From positions 12,392,568 to 12,456,567 of the forward strand of contig NW_002060943.1 of the NCBI RefSeq assembly GCF_000150275.1: a stretch of 64,000 bases of DNA. The letters run 5' to 3'. This DNA comes from Trichoplax adhaerens. Its lineage: Eukaryota; Animalia; Placozoa. The translations under genes and the position numbers were made by a program. This document shows positions 40,966 through 53,814 of this stretch, piece after piece; position 1 is the stretch's first letter, and each line of letters starts with the position of its first letter. The notes under the pieces were generated by a model. It saw only the letters and a list, made by a program, of their open reading frames with translations. It made no database searches and was not told the origin of the DNA.

Positions 40966-42007
40966 ATCACTTGCATAAGGGTTTATCGTGCTACTACAGT
41001 TAAATCACTTTACTTAAAAGTCAATAAATATTTCCATTACAAGAATACAAGGTTGGCATAATGTATGACGATTATACTGTATTCGCATTCGATGTATGCA
41101 AATCTTATATAGTATCGGAAATTTATTGTGTACAACAATTAAACTGTTTCCACAATAATAGGCCGAAATAAGTTACTATTGATCAAAATTGATTTCGTCA
41201 CGAAAAGATTTATATTTGTTTATTGCTCTGTATATTAGTAATATTCGTAAGCTTCATATTCTCTTAACTATAAATCACTTATAAGTTAAATTGTTGATAT
41301 TATTAATGGTTAATTAATATTTCTCTTTAACCTTAATTAGACGGCAAGAACGGGTTAAAAGTTACAACCAGCTGCTCATTTTTTCCATCAAGATAAATCA
41401 AATATTAGCGTTTGAATTCATTAATCTTCATTCATCTTAACCTAGAACATTATTGAGACAAAGGACAAAAAGCTATTACCAAATAATAGGCGTTATCCTA
41501 AAATCAAGAATTGATAGCTCAGGTAAATCAGACCTTGTATTACCTCGAGACAAAATAGGTAATCTCACTTAATGTTGCAAAGAATTATTGAGAAAATTAG
41601 TACTCGGTAGCACCTATTTTCCAAATCAATTATTAAATTGTCTATCAATCATTTTCGAATTAGTACTGACCCTTACTCCACCTCCCTGCTTTGGATTTGT
41701 TTATCCAAACAAGCTAAAATCACCAAGGTGTCTGGAAATATTGTTTAAAATAGTCGAAAGCGTCAACATTATCTACCCAGAATTCAAAGGCTATTTACAC
41801 TAAAGTCTTTCAATACTAGCCGTCAACCTTGGCAGTAATATCTGTCATTCATTGTATTTCACGTTGTTGGGCCGTAAAATTTTCCAAGCAAGAAAAGATA
41901 AAAAGACTTTATAAAGATCCTAAAGTTAATTCTACTGACATCCTCTGGTAAATTTCAACTCATTTTTCGGCTGATCAATTCCATCGAAATCATCTAATTG
42001 CCAGAAG

Positions 42008-43174
42008 ATGAATTTTAATGCGACTACTTCTAGAACTAGTCCTCCTATAATAAACTGTTCACTGCCTAATGCTCCTAAGAATGTTATTATGGTAGCAGGA
42101 CCTCAAGAACCAGATCGAATTGCCTTAATCGTCTTATATTTTGTTATCTTTACTATTGGCTTTGTTGGCAATTCCTTGGTTTGCTTTATTATCCTGACTA
42201 AAAGGGTAGCCATTACAACAACAACTATTTTCCTATGTAATTTAGCCTTTATCGATTTAATCTTACTTTTATCACTAGTACCGATGAAAGTGGCTCGCCA
42301 ATTTACACTAGGTTATATCTTAGGAACAGCATTATGCAAAATTGAAGGCTATCTAGGAACGGTTTGTTTAGCTAATGCATCCCTAACTTTAGTGGTCATG
42401 GGAGTGGATAAATATATTGCTATTGCTAAACCATTCAAAAGGCATTACTTTCGTAAACGATGGGCAATTGCTATCGTCTGCATCATCTGGATATTAACGT
42501 CCTTGGTTATGATGGTGCCATTAATTAATAATGCTGTGGAGTATTTCTATTATCAGCCAGCTGCAACATGCATCGGTTTCTGCTATTCCTACTGGAATTC
42601 ATTAGTTGCAGCCCGTATTTATTACGTTTTTGTTCTATCCTTTGATTTCATCTGTCCATCTTTGATGATAATTTATTTCTATTCTACCATCGCCATCTAT
42701 GTTATTAAGACAAAACGTATGCATCGCTATGGCTTAGTCAAGAAATTCTATTCTAGGCGGAAAAGGCAAATCTTGAAAATGCTAATTGCGGTGGTGGCTG
42801 CTTTTTATGTCTGTTGGACACCTTACAGTATCTTAACCCTCTTACGGGTCTTTCGTACAATTAATATAAATACTGTGCCTTATTTACGACAACTGAGTAA
42901 TTATTTCCTCCTGCTAACATTTTGTAGTGCTGCTATTAATCCAATTATTTATGGTTTATATCATGAAAACTTTAAAGCAAGTATGAAATTAATGTATAGC
43001 GCATCAACTCGAACTCATTCCTATACCATTTCTCGTACTCGAACAATCAGTCGTACGTCGACGGCTGGCAGTTTTAATGCACGAAATGCGGAAAGGCAAA
43101 AAAGTATTATGCGCCATAAATTGGCTGTCTTGCGGGCTAATTCTAACCAGCAATCAGAAGTAGCTAAAGTTTAA
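42008..43174 (+). CDS. Rhodopsin-family (class A) GPCR, neuropeptide-receptor-like, intronless, 388 aa
   Basis: Seven hydrophobic helices. TM1 GFVGNSLV, TM2 NLAFIDL, ECL1-TM3 LCK, DKY in place of DRY, TM4 Trp, TM6 FYVCWTPY, TM7 NPIIY, helix 8 NFK. N-terminal N-glycosylation sequons (NAT, NCS) and a Ser/Thr-rich C-tail. Confidence 0.95.
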   Translation: MNFNATTSRTSPPIINCSLPNAPKNVIMVAGPQEPDRIALIVLYFVIFTIGFVGNSLVCFIILTKRVAITTTTIFLCNLAFIDLILLLSLVPMKVARQFTLGYILGTALCKIEGYLGTVCLANASLTLVVMGVDKYIAIAKPFKRHYFRKRWAIAIVCIIWILTSLVMMVPLINNAVEYFYYQPAATCIGFCYSYWNSLVAARIYYVFVLSFDFICPSLMIIYFYSTIAIYVIKTKRMHRYGLVKKFYSRRKRQILKMLIAVVAAFYVCWTPYSILTLLRVFRTININTVPYLRQLSNYFLLLTFCSAAINPIIYGLYHENFKASMKLMYSASTRTHSYTISRTRTISRTSTAGSFNARNAERQKSIMRHKLAVLRANSNQQSEVAKV

Positions 43175-46100
43175 TAACTACTCGGCAATAGTAATTGTAC
43201 GACTAGTAATTAATACGGATATCTCTCGAAATTAATCTTCATATGTAAATAGGATATTCTGAAAGATTTAATGGAAGCAATATCTATTCTATTAAATGAT
43301 AACAGATTGTATTTGTATATCTAGTAACCTTTCAAAAAGCGTTATTATTACTAAACTAAAGTAGTTTAAGATAATAAAAGTTGATTGTTAGATCATGGCA
43401 ATTCAATATTGATATATATTTTCACTATTATATCGGATTTGCTGGCCATTCTTACCAGTAAATAGAATCATGACATTTGATAATGTATTCGTTATCGTAT
43501 TTTTCAGATAGTTGCTTCCAGTTTTAAATTATCTTATTTATAATCATTAAATGCATCGCCTTTGTTGACGAGATAATTGTGGGCATTTGTCACTATGATA
43601 AATTGTAAAAGTACTATCAAGCCGGCAATAATAAACTAAAGTTAGCACCAATTTGCACTTTAGTTTGATAATATAATATTGTTAATGGTTTATTCATCCA
43701 ACACTATCCTATATAATAACTCACAATTGAGAATAACATATCTGTTTCCTCCAAGGGGTGATTTTTTCTAATTTGTTGGGTGTCAGCTCTCAGTTAGAAT
43801 ATACTGTAATAACAACTTGGATTAGTTTGATTGATGAATCCTGTATTCCATTGGATGTATCCTTTAGAAGGATGCCTGTATAGATGTCATTGCACGTATA
43901 CATATAAAAGTGAATATAAATTTTGTTGAAAAATTGAATTAGTTATTCATTAGTCTAATGTCGTGACTAATTTATCATTATTATGAAAACTATACTTTGC
44001 ATCAAATATGCCTCTAGCTGCTATTAATTTCTCATCTATCGATGAATATTTGCTGTCTTACTTTACTTTCTCAATTGACAATGTTGAATTAATTGTCATG
44101 TAAAGTAATCATTTTTCCATGCAAAGTCTTATTACTGCTGAAAGTATTAGCCATTAAAAATAACATTACAAAATAATAAATCAATTGTAGATGTGCATTA
44201 ATTTATATAAGGTAGTTCAATTGAAAAAGTTGCTTGGCTGCAAGAAATGAAAACTGGATTTATCGATTTATCTTTATCATTATTTGTAAATAAATAGCAA
44301 CTTTTACTCGAAGTATCGATAGATATATTAGCGAATATAAGATCAATACAAAGAAAAGATTATCTTATCCTTAATAATTTTACATATTTCAAAACATATA
44401 GATAGTTTACTCCGCTTATAAAGGTGTGAATGGAAGCATTTGTTCGTATCAAGTTATATTGGGTATTAAACGGCAAAGATCATGAATAAAGATAGAGTTG
44501 ACTTAACCGAGTCGATCTTAATTTGAAGACTTTTGGCATTAATTTTAATATTGCCTAGGCAAGATTTAGTCATGATTCGATTCTAGTCGGGCTCAGTTAC
44601 CATATGATATAATCGCTTACTAGGATAGTTAAACCCTGCATTATTAAATACTTTATTCGTTGCATACTTATCAGGGATACAATAAATGTAAATTTACACA
44701 ATTTTATAAATACAGAAGAATCGTTTGTTATTCACCTTTATTCTGGAAATCTTGAGGCATTTTAATATAGTTGACTAAAAGAAAGTTCTAAATTTGACGT
44801 TATTTCAGTGCTGATTCTACCAGCTAGGTATATCAATCCCACCCTGTTAACATAGTGCTATTTTTATATTCCTTCCATTAGTTTCAAAACATTACGGGAT
44901 TCATGAATAATTGATAATAAAGCTTAGCGGAAGGCTGTAAACCTAGCTAGGAAGCTTAGAAATTTAATATTTTACTGCTTAAACAAACACACTAGCCAGT
45001 TAAAATTACCAGTCAAGATCCATGTAAGATTTTACTGCAAAATGATAGCTGGTATCTTTGAATAGTACTTTAAAGCAGCTACTTAGAAGAATCCAACTTA
45101 TTTAATTCGTCTTTTTCTTAGCGCATAACAATGATATCAATGAATTAGAAGTCAGGTCTAATTAGGATACGTATATTAAGTTTGAATGATTGGGGTATTT
45201 GATCTCGCAGTGTCTAAATTCTGTATTGACCATAATTACAATTAATTCATAAACCAGCGTTGATAATATTCTTGATAAAATACGCACATGATATCGATTT
45301 CTTGCATAGTTTTCCGTACCAGTAAAAATATTTAATACAGGATGAAAAAGATTTTGTGGGTGTATTTAATAGCGGCCTATATGAACTGCAATATCGTACT
45401 ATGAATTACTAGAAAGTAAGCTTTTTACTAGCAGCCAGTACTACAGAGTGCAAACACCAACCTATCGGTTTCTTTAGTTGAAATTGTGATGTTCTGTAGC
45501 AATTAGCGAATAGCCAAGTGCTGTCAATGTCTTGTTCAAACCGTTGGCATTTCCCTTACTTTTCCTTGCAGCGAATACAAACGATCGACAACAACCAATC
45601 GTTGCACTGCCAGTTAGGTTAAAAAAGCGGCATTTATACGGGCATTTTTGCCATTGCTTCGAGGAGTTCGCTGCGATAAATAGGTCTTATTTGTACTAAA
45701 ACATACGCTATTATTTAGCTAGGTTTCCATCAAGCTGTCTTATAATTATTGATTGACGATTGCTCGGTGACTTCGAGTATGAAAAAATAAGGAAGCTGGT
45801 TTATCGAATACTTTCATTTCTTTCATGAACCAAGTGATAGATAACTTGATATACTCGTATACCTTACATAAGCCTTCAATGCGGCATATCTACAAGTATA
45901 TCTATAGACTATTGTTACAATTTTCCATTGTAACTAGAAAACTGGTCTTAATCACTATCTTTACTAGTACTCGTGTTCCCAACTAACTTACGGTTCTATC
46001 GTAGTTGAACTCATTCTCAACTACACAAATAAACTACTAATGAGTAATAGGTTTAAATACTTCAATTTATTAACGTTAATCTTAATCGTAAAATGTACCA

Positions 46101-48736
46101 AAGACAAACGTGAGAATATCCTTAGCAATAATAGTCAAGTGATCCTGCAAGTGACTAAATGGAACTGAGCAGCTAAGCTAGTGCTCGGCTTTTATAGTCT
46201 CGGCCTACGCCGATGGTGTACTTGTGAATATGCTTGACATAGCGTCTTACACTGTATAGCAGCATACATATCCTAGTATAAGGTGTTATTAATTAATGTT
46301 TACTGACTAAGCGTGTTAGCTCCGACACGTCAACAGAATTGAACTTTCTGATACCTTGGCAATAACAAGTACTTATTAATAAACATTAATATCTAATAAG
46401 CTACTGGAGCAAACAACAATTTAAATGAGATATTTTAATTAACATAGCAATAAAATGGTAGATCTTCCGGTTGGTTTAGAGATTTACGAATGTTGGATGA
46501 TATACTGTAAAACGAATAAAGTAGAATTGATAATTTCACCATACTTACTTTAACGTTGACTAGATTACTGCAATGGTGTGAAACGAAAACGTACGTGTTA
46601 CAGCTAGAAATGCTGAAAAAGCCTACATTCTCCTCATAATGATTCTGCCTTCCTCTTTTTAATTAATCTTGAAAATTATTGTCGAGAATCTCTTCTATGT
46701 TCACTAAATATCGTTTATTGTTGGACCTCGGTGAGAAAATAGACGCATCTTGATTACTGTATAGCATTCTATCTACAATTTTGACTCTATTGATACCAGG
46801 ATAAGCATTTTCTTGCAGTACTTTAATCAATCGTCATAATTTGCAGCAATTATAACCATCAAATATGGACAAACCCGCAAGACACCATTTCGCTTGTTGC
46901 AAACGGCATCAATAAAGGCGAACAAGCTGAACACTACTTAAGACTAGCGACCTTCATTTGCAGTTTTTTTGCGCCCCGATCCCGAGAAGTTTCAAGCAGA
47001 AAATGAAATTTTACTCTATCTCGAAGACCGACTTACTCAAACTATTGTCTAAATGCTGGTATACACTCCAGTACGCCAATTCATGATGCCTGAGTCCGCT
47101 CGAACACCAAAATTGATATCCTGCCAGGGACTGCTTAATTCCTTTTTTCATAGTTTCCATAATAAATACCTTAATTGTAATTCAGCAGTACATTCATACC
47201 CAAATCTAGTCCCTAACTCTATCGAAAACATGCAATAGAGGAAAAGGAGGAAGAGCGATTGATATTTGAATTGGTACGTAGTATAAATTACTAATACTAG
47301 CAGCATAAACTCTAAATGCATATGTAGAATATTATTCCTGTACGGCAGACAGTAAAGAGCGAGGAGTATTTGCCGAAGGTCGTCTGAAAATATAAACACT
47401 CCATTGCATACTGTAGATTACGATATCATGCTTTATTATTTTAATAATATCATTACGGCTCCTGGCAATATATTTATTGCATATACTGTAATTGACGATA
47501 TCGATCTACGCGAATTACAGAAAAAGTAGCAAAATTTTAATATTGGCGCTCGATAGTGCGTATTTGTTTCATATAGTAATTGAAAAGCTATTCATACATC
47601 AACAGTTAGCTGCTCACTCACACGAAAGGAACTGTCAACTTATTATTCAATAATTAAGTGATTGCCATATAGATATAGCCCGAACCTTATTGCAAATGAT
47701 GTAAATTGCTTGCTTTACTTTCTATTTTCAGTCAATGAGGTCATAGGTATCATTTAATGGTGTCAATAAACAATATGCATACTTTTATTCAATTTTATCT
47801 TTATCATAGCATCCAGTAGCAAAATTCTTTGGCAAATACTGATATAAAACTAGCATTGAATGCGTGTCTACTAGAGGCAATGTACTGCATAAGTTTCTAT
47901 TGGGATAGCACGTTGCATATGCTGTTGTACCATAAAATGAATTCGCTTTCATTGCACGCAGAACGCTCTACAGTTCAGTATGATTTTCAATATTTCCAAT
48001 CATATCGTCTGTTCTGATGCTGCGTGTCTAGTTATACAAGATTTAAGTTAACTTATGATTGATTCAATTTTAATCCTTGTGACAGTACGAGAGTAGACGT
48101 CGAATCAATCATGAAGAGGCTAATTAAAGATGAGGGAAATGGTACAACTCAAGTGACGCTCTATAGGGCTAAAAACATAATATTGTATAAATGAATGGAT
48201 AGAACTATAATTACTGGACAATTGAAATCTAAATTGATTGTTTTTATGAAATCTTTTATGCCTACTAAATCAATTACTGTACATCTAAATACGATATATA
48301 TATCTAAAAGATAACTGTAGAAGATGTCAATACCGAGTAATAAAACGTATTATAAGCTCATATATGATGTTAAGTTATAACGACATGACTATGTTGGTTT
48401 TCAAGCACATCAGAATAGTAAAATTCTTCATGATTGTAGTAAAGCACAGCAGATATGTCGGGTGTAAAGATGAGATATGGCAATGACACCAAGCAGAGTT
48501 AGCTAAGTTAGTATTGTATTTATTACAACTAAATCCATGTATTGTAGATGTACACGGACGATAGCCAGCAAGCAAGTATTAATTCGTCAACGGAATGCTT
48601 TCGGGAATACGGTATGACAGTAATGTCAGGCTTTACTGTCATTCATCCCTATGCGATTTTCTTTCAACTCATTTACACAAGCTGATGTCGGAAAAGCATA
48701 TGCAGAGTCCTTACACACAGTAAAAGACATTAACAT

Positions 48737-50203
48737 TTATAATTTGGAGTATTTGAGCTCCGATTCAAACATGTCCAATTTTAAGGAATGGAGGACTTCC
48801 GGTGATAAATTAGCTTTGGCTAATTGTTTCTCACCGAATTGAATTGCAGATTTAAGGAGCTGGTCGCCCGGTATGGCCAAATCTACAAATTTACTTTTGA
48901 CTGCTTCATCGGCGGTGAATCGTTTGCCAAGGTATACAATATCTCGTAGAACATTTTTATCGCTAATTCTGTACCTAGAAAGGGTTCAACAGGATTGTTC
49001 AATCGATTTGAAAGAATAAATCGTTCAAGTTATGCGATATTCATCAGGCTAAATCAATACCAGTCTGCCATTCCATAAAATAAGCGTGTCAATCATGAAC
49101 ACAGCCAATCTGGCTTTACTGTTCTAACTAAGGCATGACTTGATGATGATTAGGCCTGATATTGGATATTGAGAGTAGAACGTTGCAAAAAGAGTTACTG
49201 CTGAAGATGCCTTACCTATAAATTTGAGTCCAAAACGGAGGAAATGTCATCTTTAGATGTATTTCAGGTAAACAAAACCAGCCTCTCTCCTTTCTCATAA
49301 TACGATAGTCATGAGCAAGAAATAACAGTCCTCCACCAGCAAAGCAATGTCCTGCAATTTGGAAGATTCATTACACCGAAATAAGCATGTTTATATCGTG
49401 GTATGAAAACAGGATATTGTCAACAATTGAAAATTCAATCTATCATATTTCAACATCAAATGTGTATTGACTGCCAGTATTGCAGACGATTCTTTGACCA
49501 ATAGACTCATATTATATGCTGTCTGTTTCTTACGTAAACGAACCGTTAGCAGCAGCAATTGTCGGCAATTTGAATGTCAAGATCCTAGCTAGTAAATTGT
49601 TTAATGTAAACCGAAGTTCAGTCATTCGCTGGGCAGTCTGATCTTTTAACCAATCGAGATCCAGGCCATTTGAATAATATTTGCCAGTTCCAGTGGTTAT
49701 TAAGACCTTGGCATCATCATTTCTAGCTCAACAACGATAAAAAAAAAGGGTTATTGGTTTAAAAAGAAAACGATCCTATCAAGAATGCTGTCTCCATTTG
49801 CATATCGCGATCTTGCATGCTCCTCCATTGAAAATGGATTGCATAGTTAACGATCAACCATGAGATCCACCCCAGAGTCAATAATAAAGTAACTGCAATC
49901 CGATGAAATTGATCATGTACTACTGCATCAAGTGGGCACACCTCTAGTATCACCTGTGGATGATACCCTACTCGTCTATTGAAGTGTTTCAAATCATTGG
50001 ACCCGTTGTGGTCCAGACCGGGCCCACAGCTGATCCTGTAGCTGTTTGTTTATTGAAGTCAAAGTCACTTACTTTTCAACTTCGTCCAGAGCAGCGTGGA
50101 ATTGCTTTACGAAATCATCATTAATACGATTTTCTCCAGCATCCATAACTATGATGGAACAGGAACCCTCATATTCCACCCGAATATTGACTTTTGCCTT
50201 CAT
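48737..50203 (-). CDS. Peroxisomal enoyl-CoA delta-isomerase/crotonase-family protein (227 aa, C-terminal PTS1 SKL)
   Basis: Exons 50203-50073, 49722-49544, 49351-49216 and 48974-48737 total 684 nt in phase. Motifs: ENRINDDF, LITTGTGKYYSNGLDLDW, LPTIAAANGHCFAGG..LAHDYRIM, FCLPEIHL, GKRFTADEA; ends ELKYSKL*. Confidence 0.92.
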
Positions 50204-50440
50204 GTTGGACTCGTTGAACGCACGATGATCGATTTGAACAGCCGCGACCACGTAACCAACGATGGTTCAGTCACCAAGTGCTGACTGACAAGGATATCGT
50301 GTTACCCTCGACCGATGACCCCTATTAAGCGCTTGACCTGCCGTAACGACGACCGCAAAAGCAAGTTGAAACGTTACCAGTGATACCGTGACGTACCACG
50401 GCTTGTACCAGATCAGTTGTTGCTTTACTATCAAGATTTC

Positions 50441-50546
50441 AGTACAGTACAGTACAGTACAGTACTGTACATACTGTACGTATCGATAAGGGTACAGTAC
50501 TGTATTACAAGCCTGCGTAATGTACTGTACAGTACACTGTACTGTA
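50441..50546. promoter_or_regulatory. Cluster of TACAGTA/TACTGTA motifs in the divergent promoter region between the isomerase and the ATP synthase subunit gene
   Basis: (AGTAC)n run at 50441-50465 plus further TACTGTA/TACAGTA copies to 50546. A regulatory role is inferred from position only. Confidence 0.45.
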
Positions 50547-51496
50547 AGTCACGTTTCCGGATCGGTTACAGACGTTTCTTGGGCGTGGCGAGCCCTAGAT
50601 TATGGTTGGATACTGTTCAGTGTTCAGCCATAGCCCGTCATGAAGACTTTCAATTTGAAAGGCATTTACTCGGAATAGGATAAAGTTGCATGCATACAGA
50701 TCATGACAACCTTGAGCAATGGGTACTCGATGTTTTTTAATTAATTTCGACTGTATTATTGAGTTTTTTATTTTTGGGGGAAATTTCAAATACCAACCAT
50801 CAGTCACTGTTACGTTGTACAGTACGATCGATGCAACTAGTATACGAGCCATGCTGAAATAGCGGTCTTCCAGGTTACGGCTATAGCCCGAATTTCGGCT
50901 ATGATGCATAATAGCTGGCTAAAGACTGAATCAAGACTACATATATACTTTAAGCAAAATAATTTGCTAATGAGCAATGAAACAAGCTTCATTGATATAT
51001 AGGTCACGGTACTAAATGAAGTATTTAGCATGCAATCGATGAGAAAAGAAGTCAAGTTATCCCTCGTCCTGCTAATCTTGCCTTACACTGGACAACATGC
51101 TATTAGGACAGTATACTGCTCCATACCAACGTTCAGGTTTCTACTATAGTCCATTACAGTACTGCACGCTTTGCACTCGCCGAACCATCACATGATGCAA
51201 TTAGTCATGCGCAGAGACAACAACGACCTTGTCCATTTTCTCAGCACCGTCGTACGGCCATCTTGAAAACCACTAGGCTCCTCACAAAAGGTAATACTAA
51301 ACTCCTATCATTATAATTCAAATCTTCGTTGAGTTTATGATTCTTTGCTGGATCAGTAGTAAATGATAGAAAGGAATAAATACATTGCACTGTCGTTGAG
51401 CTAGTTCATGATAGAGTAGGAATGTTGAAAGTGACATTGTTGTCAGGCTCTTGATGGTCTTCATGCATTTTTTGGGGGCAGTACAGTAGTAGAAAA

Positions 51497-52498
51497 ATGT
51501 TTGCGCGTTTGACCGGAATGGTAACCAACCACTTTCGTGGTATATGGCCCCATCTCAAGCCGTTGAGAACAATCTTGTTTGGCTTTGCTGTCTCTGGCTA
51601 TATGATTAGTAAAATTCCACAGACTGGTAGGTTTACAATCTTTGCACTTTGACAATTTTTCAAATACGCATATGTTCTGCTAAGGCCAGCCGCCATGTTG
51701 TCTTCATGACGCTCATGACAACAGGCTGGTGCAGCTAAGTTTGTTTCATAAAGTTAACTGCTAATCTACTTATCCTCAACTTAGCATTGACGTGTCGTGC
51801 TATAAGATATTATTGCTGGAGATATGTAACTTACATCCTAACCCAACGAGTATGTTAGTGAATAATCAACTTTATAGAAATTCCATAATATCGTCTACAG
51901 TATGCTAATTTCTTCAAGATGCCTGTCCAGTTGTGAACTTGCAAGTCGAAACTGGACATTCAAGAATACCGTAATATCCAATAGTTTTATCATCTGCTAT
52001 ACCATAAAAGTGAAGATGATAGACTTGTAATAATGATATACAGTACACTATGACAGTTTGAAACAAATTTCGAATCCCGACGTTCTTGCATGAAGATCGT
52101 ATATAATGCACTTTCAATAGACTCGGTATGACCTTTCTCATTAGTTCCTCGAAACAGACGAATTATAATTAGCCCTTGCGATATTGATGTCAGCGTAATT
52201 TATAAAAAATGCTATTAGCAGCTCGAGCAACGAGTTATAATTATCATGCAATACTGCTAAAGAATTCACTGCTCTGATTTTTTTTCTCCTTACGTATCCT
52301 GCATGGAACAGACGAAATGAGAGCTAATTCAGGTAATGTAATAAATTTAGATGCATTAGTAGGCCATGCATAAGGAAATGATTGTCCATTCGGAATGTAA
52401 CGTACGTATAATCTTATTCTTTATTGACGATTTTAGCATTTGTTGAAGAATGTACAAGGTTCAAGGGCCCCGGCAAGAATGTTGGCGTTAATCACTAA
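51497..52498 (+). CDS. Small single-TM mitochondrial protein, ATP synthase subunit j/i (ATP18 / 6.8PL / plant 6-kDa)-like, 70 aa
   Basis: Exons 51497-51626, 52312-52332 (21 nt) and 52437-52498 give MFARLTGMVTNHFRGIWPHLKPLRTILFGFAVSGYMISKIPQTDEMRANSAFVEECTRFKGPGKNVGVNH*. The core GFAVSGYMISKI..TDE..ANS.FV resembles the plant ATP synthase 6-kDa pattern GFAVTG.LI.K...TEE..KNS.FV (recalled, not searched). Probable 5'UTR exon ending at 51290 (AAG|GTAAT). Confidence 0.75.
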
Positions 52499-53814
52499 TA
52501 GATGTTATAAACCAATTTTGATGTAAAAGTGCTTTCAATTACTGTTCTTCCTCTTATAGTGGAAATTTTATTATTGTCTTACTGTAAAGCTAAAATTGCG
52601 CATTAAAAGCGTCAGTGGTTTATAAAATAAATAAAGATCAATAGATAACGCTGAATCTATAAGGTTAAATATAATTTTATCTTGGCAATTGCCACAGTCT
52701 GGATGCGTGGATCGAACGCCCTTCATCCATTGCTGTTTTGAAGTTGACTGCCTACGCTGTAGGCTTATTAGGCAAAACATGTATCAGCATTGGGACAATG
52801 TTGACAGCAAGCCAAAAGCGGATGATACTATACGTTCGTTGAAGTATAGTACAGCCTAATGGATACTGGTAGCCTTCCATCATGTGATTTACATCGATAC
52901 AGTGCATAATCATCAGACTGAGCCTGCAAACTATTTCTGACATCTCTTTACAAGTTAGCACTCTCTCTATCCATCAGTTAAAAATACGAAAATATTGCAA
53001 TATTGCCTTGAATTAATGGAATTGATATAAAAAAAGAGTACATCGCTGGGTTAAATGATTTCGTTACTGCCGTAAATGCATGCCCTTTAACATGTATGAG
53101 TAAGAAGTGTAATCGGCAATAATCGCAGGTAAACACATATTGCAGACGAATTCATTTCAGCTTTTACTCTATGTTTAAGCGATCTATTCGTAGGATTGTG
53201 TTCATGGTAACACATGTAATGTGGGTGTAATTTAGAATACAGTAAGTAGTCATTACTTACGTCCGAAACGGTTAAGAAATAGCAAGCATCGCCACTAGTT
53301 ATGTTTTGCAGTTTCAATCTACTGGCCACTTGATCAGCAACAAATTAAGTCACTGTGAGTCGTAAGATGTACTGAAATTACATGCATGCTGCACACAATG
53401 AAGTAGCCAAAGCCATCGATAGCAATTTTTATTAATTATCATTATAAAAATACAATTTATTATTGAATCACTTATACGAACAGCAGCATGCAAATTTCGT
53501 TATGTTGAATTATTTTAAAACTAGTTCAAATTTCTAGGACTCAATAGCTGAAATACTTTTTTTGGAGTGATAAAGTTGTTCTACCAATATAATATCATAA
53601 ACTGGCAGATAAAATTTAGGCCGTTAAAGTCAAGAGTGAAGAATTACAATTAAGTCAAGGTTCAAGTACTGTACGTTGAAGGTATCAGATTGATATCTTT
53701 CTTAATTTCTAAAAAGCTTTAGTTACATTATCAAAATACAGGATTCCCAAGCTAAAATGGAGAAAGCCGACTATAATCTGGAGTGGCATTTAACTTTCCA
53801 GGTCATTAGTTTAA

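Noticed and set aside
45540-47400. GC-richer patches with splice-like signals between the GPCR and the isomerase
   Set aside because: No consistent reading frame or recognisable RNA could be assembled on either strand.
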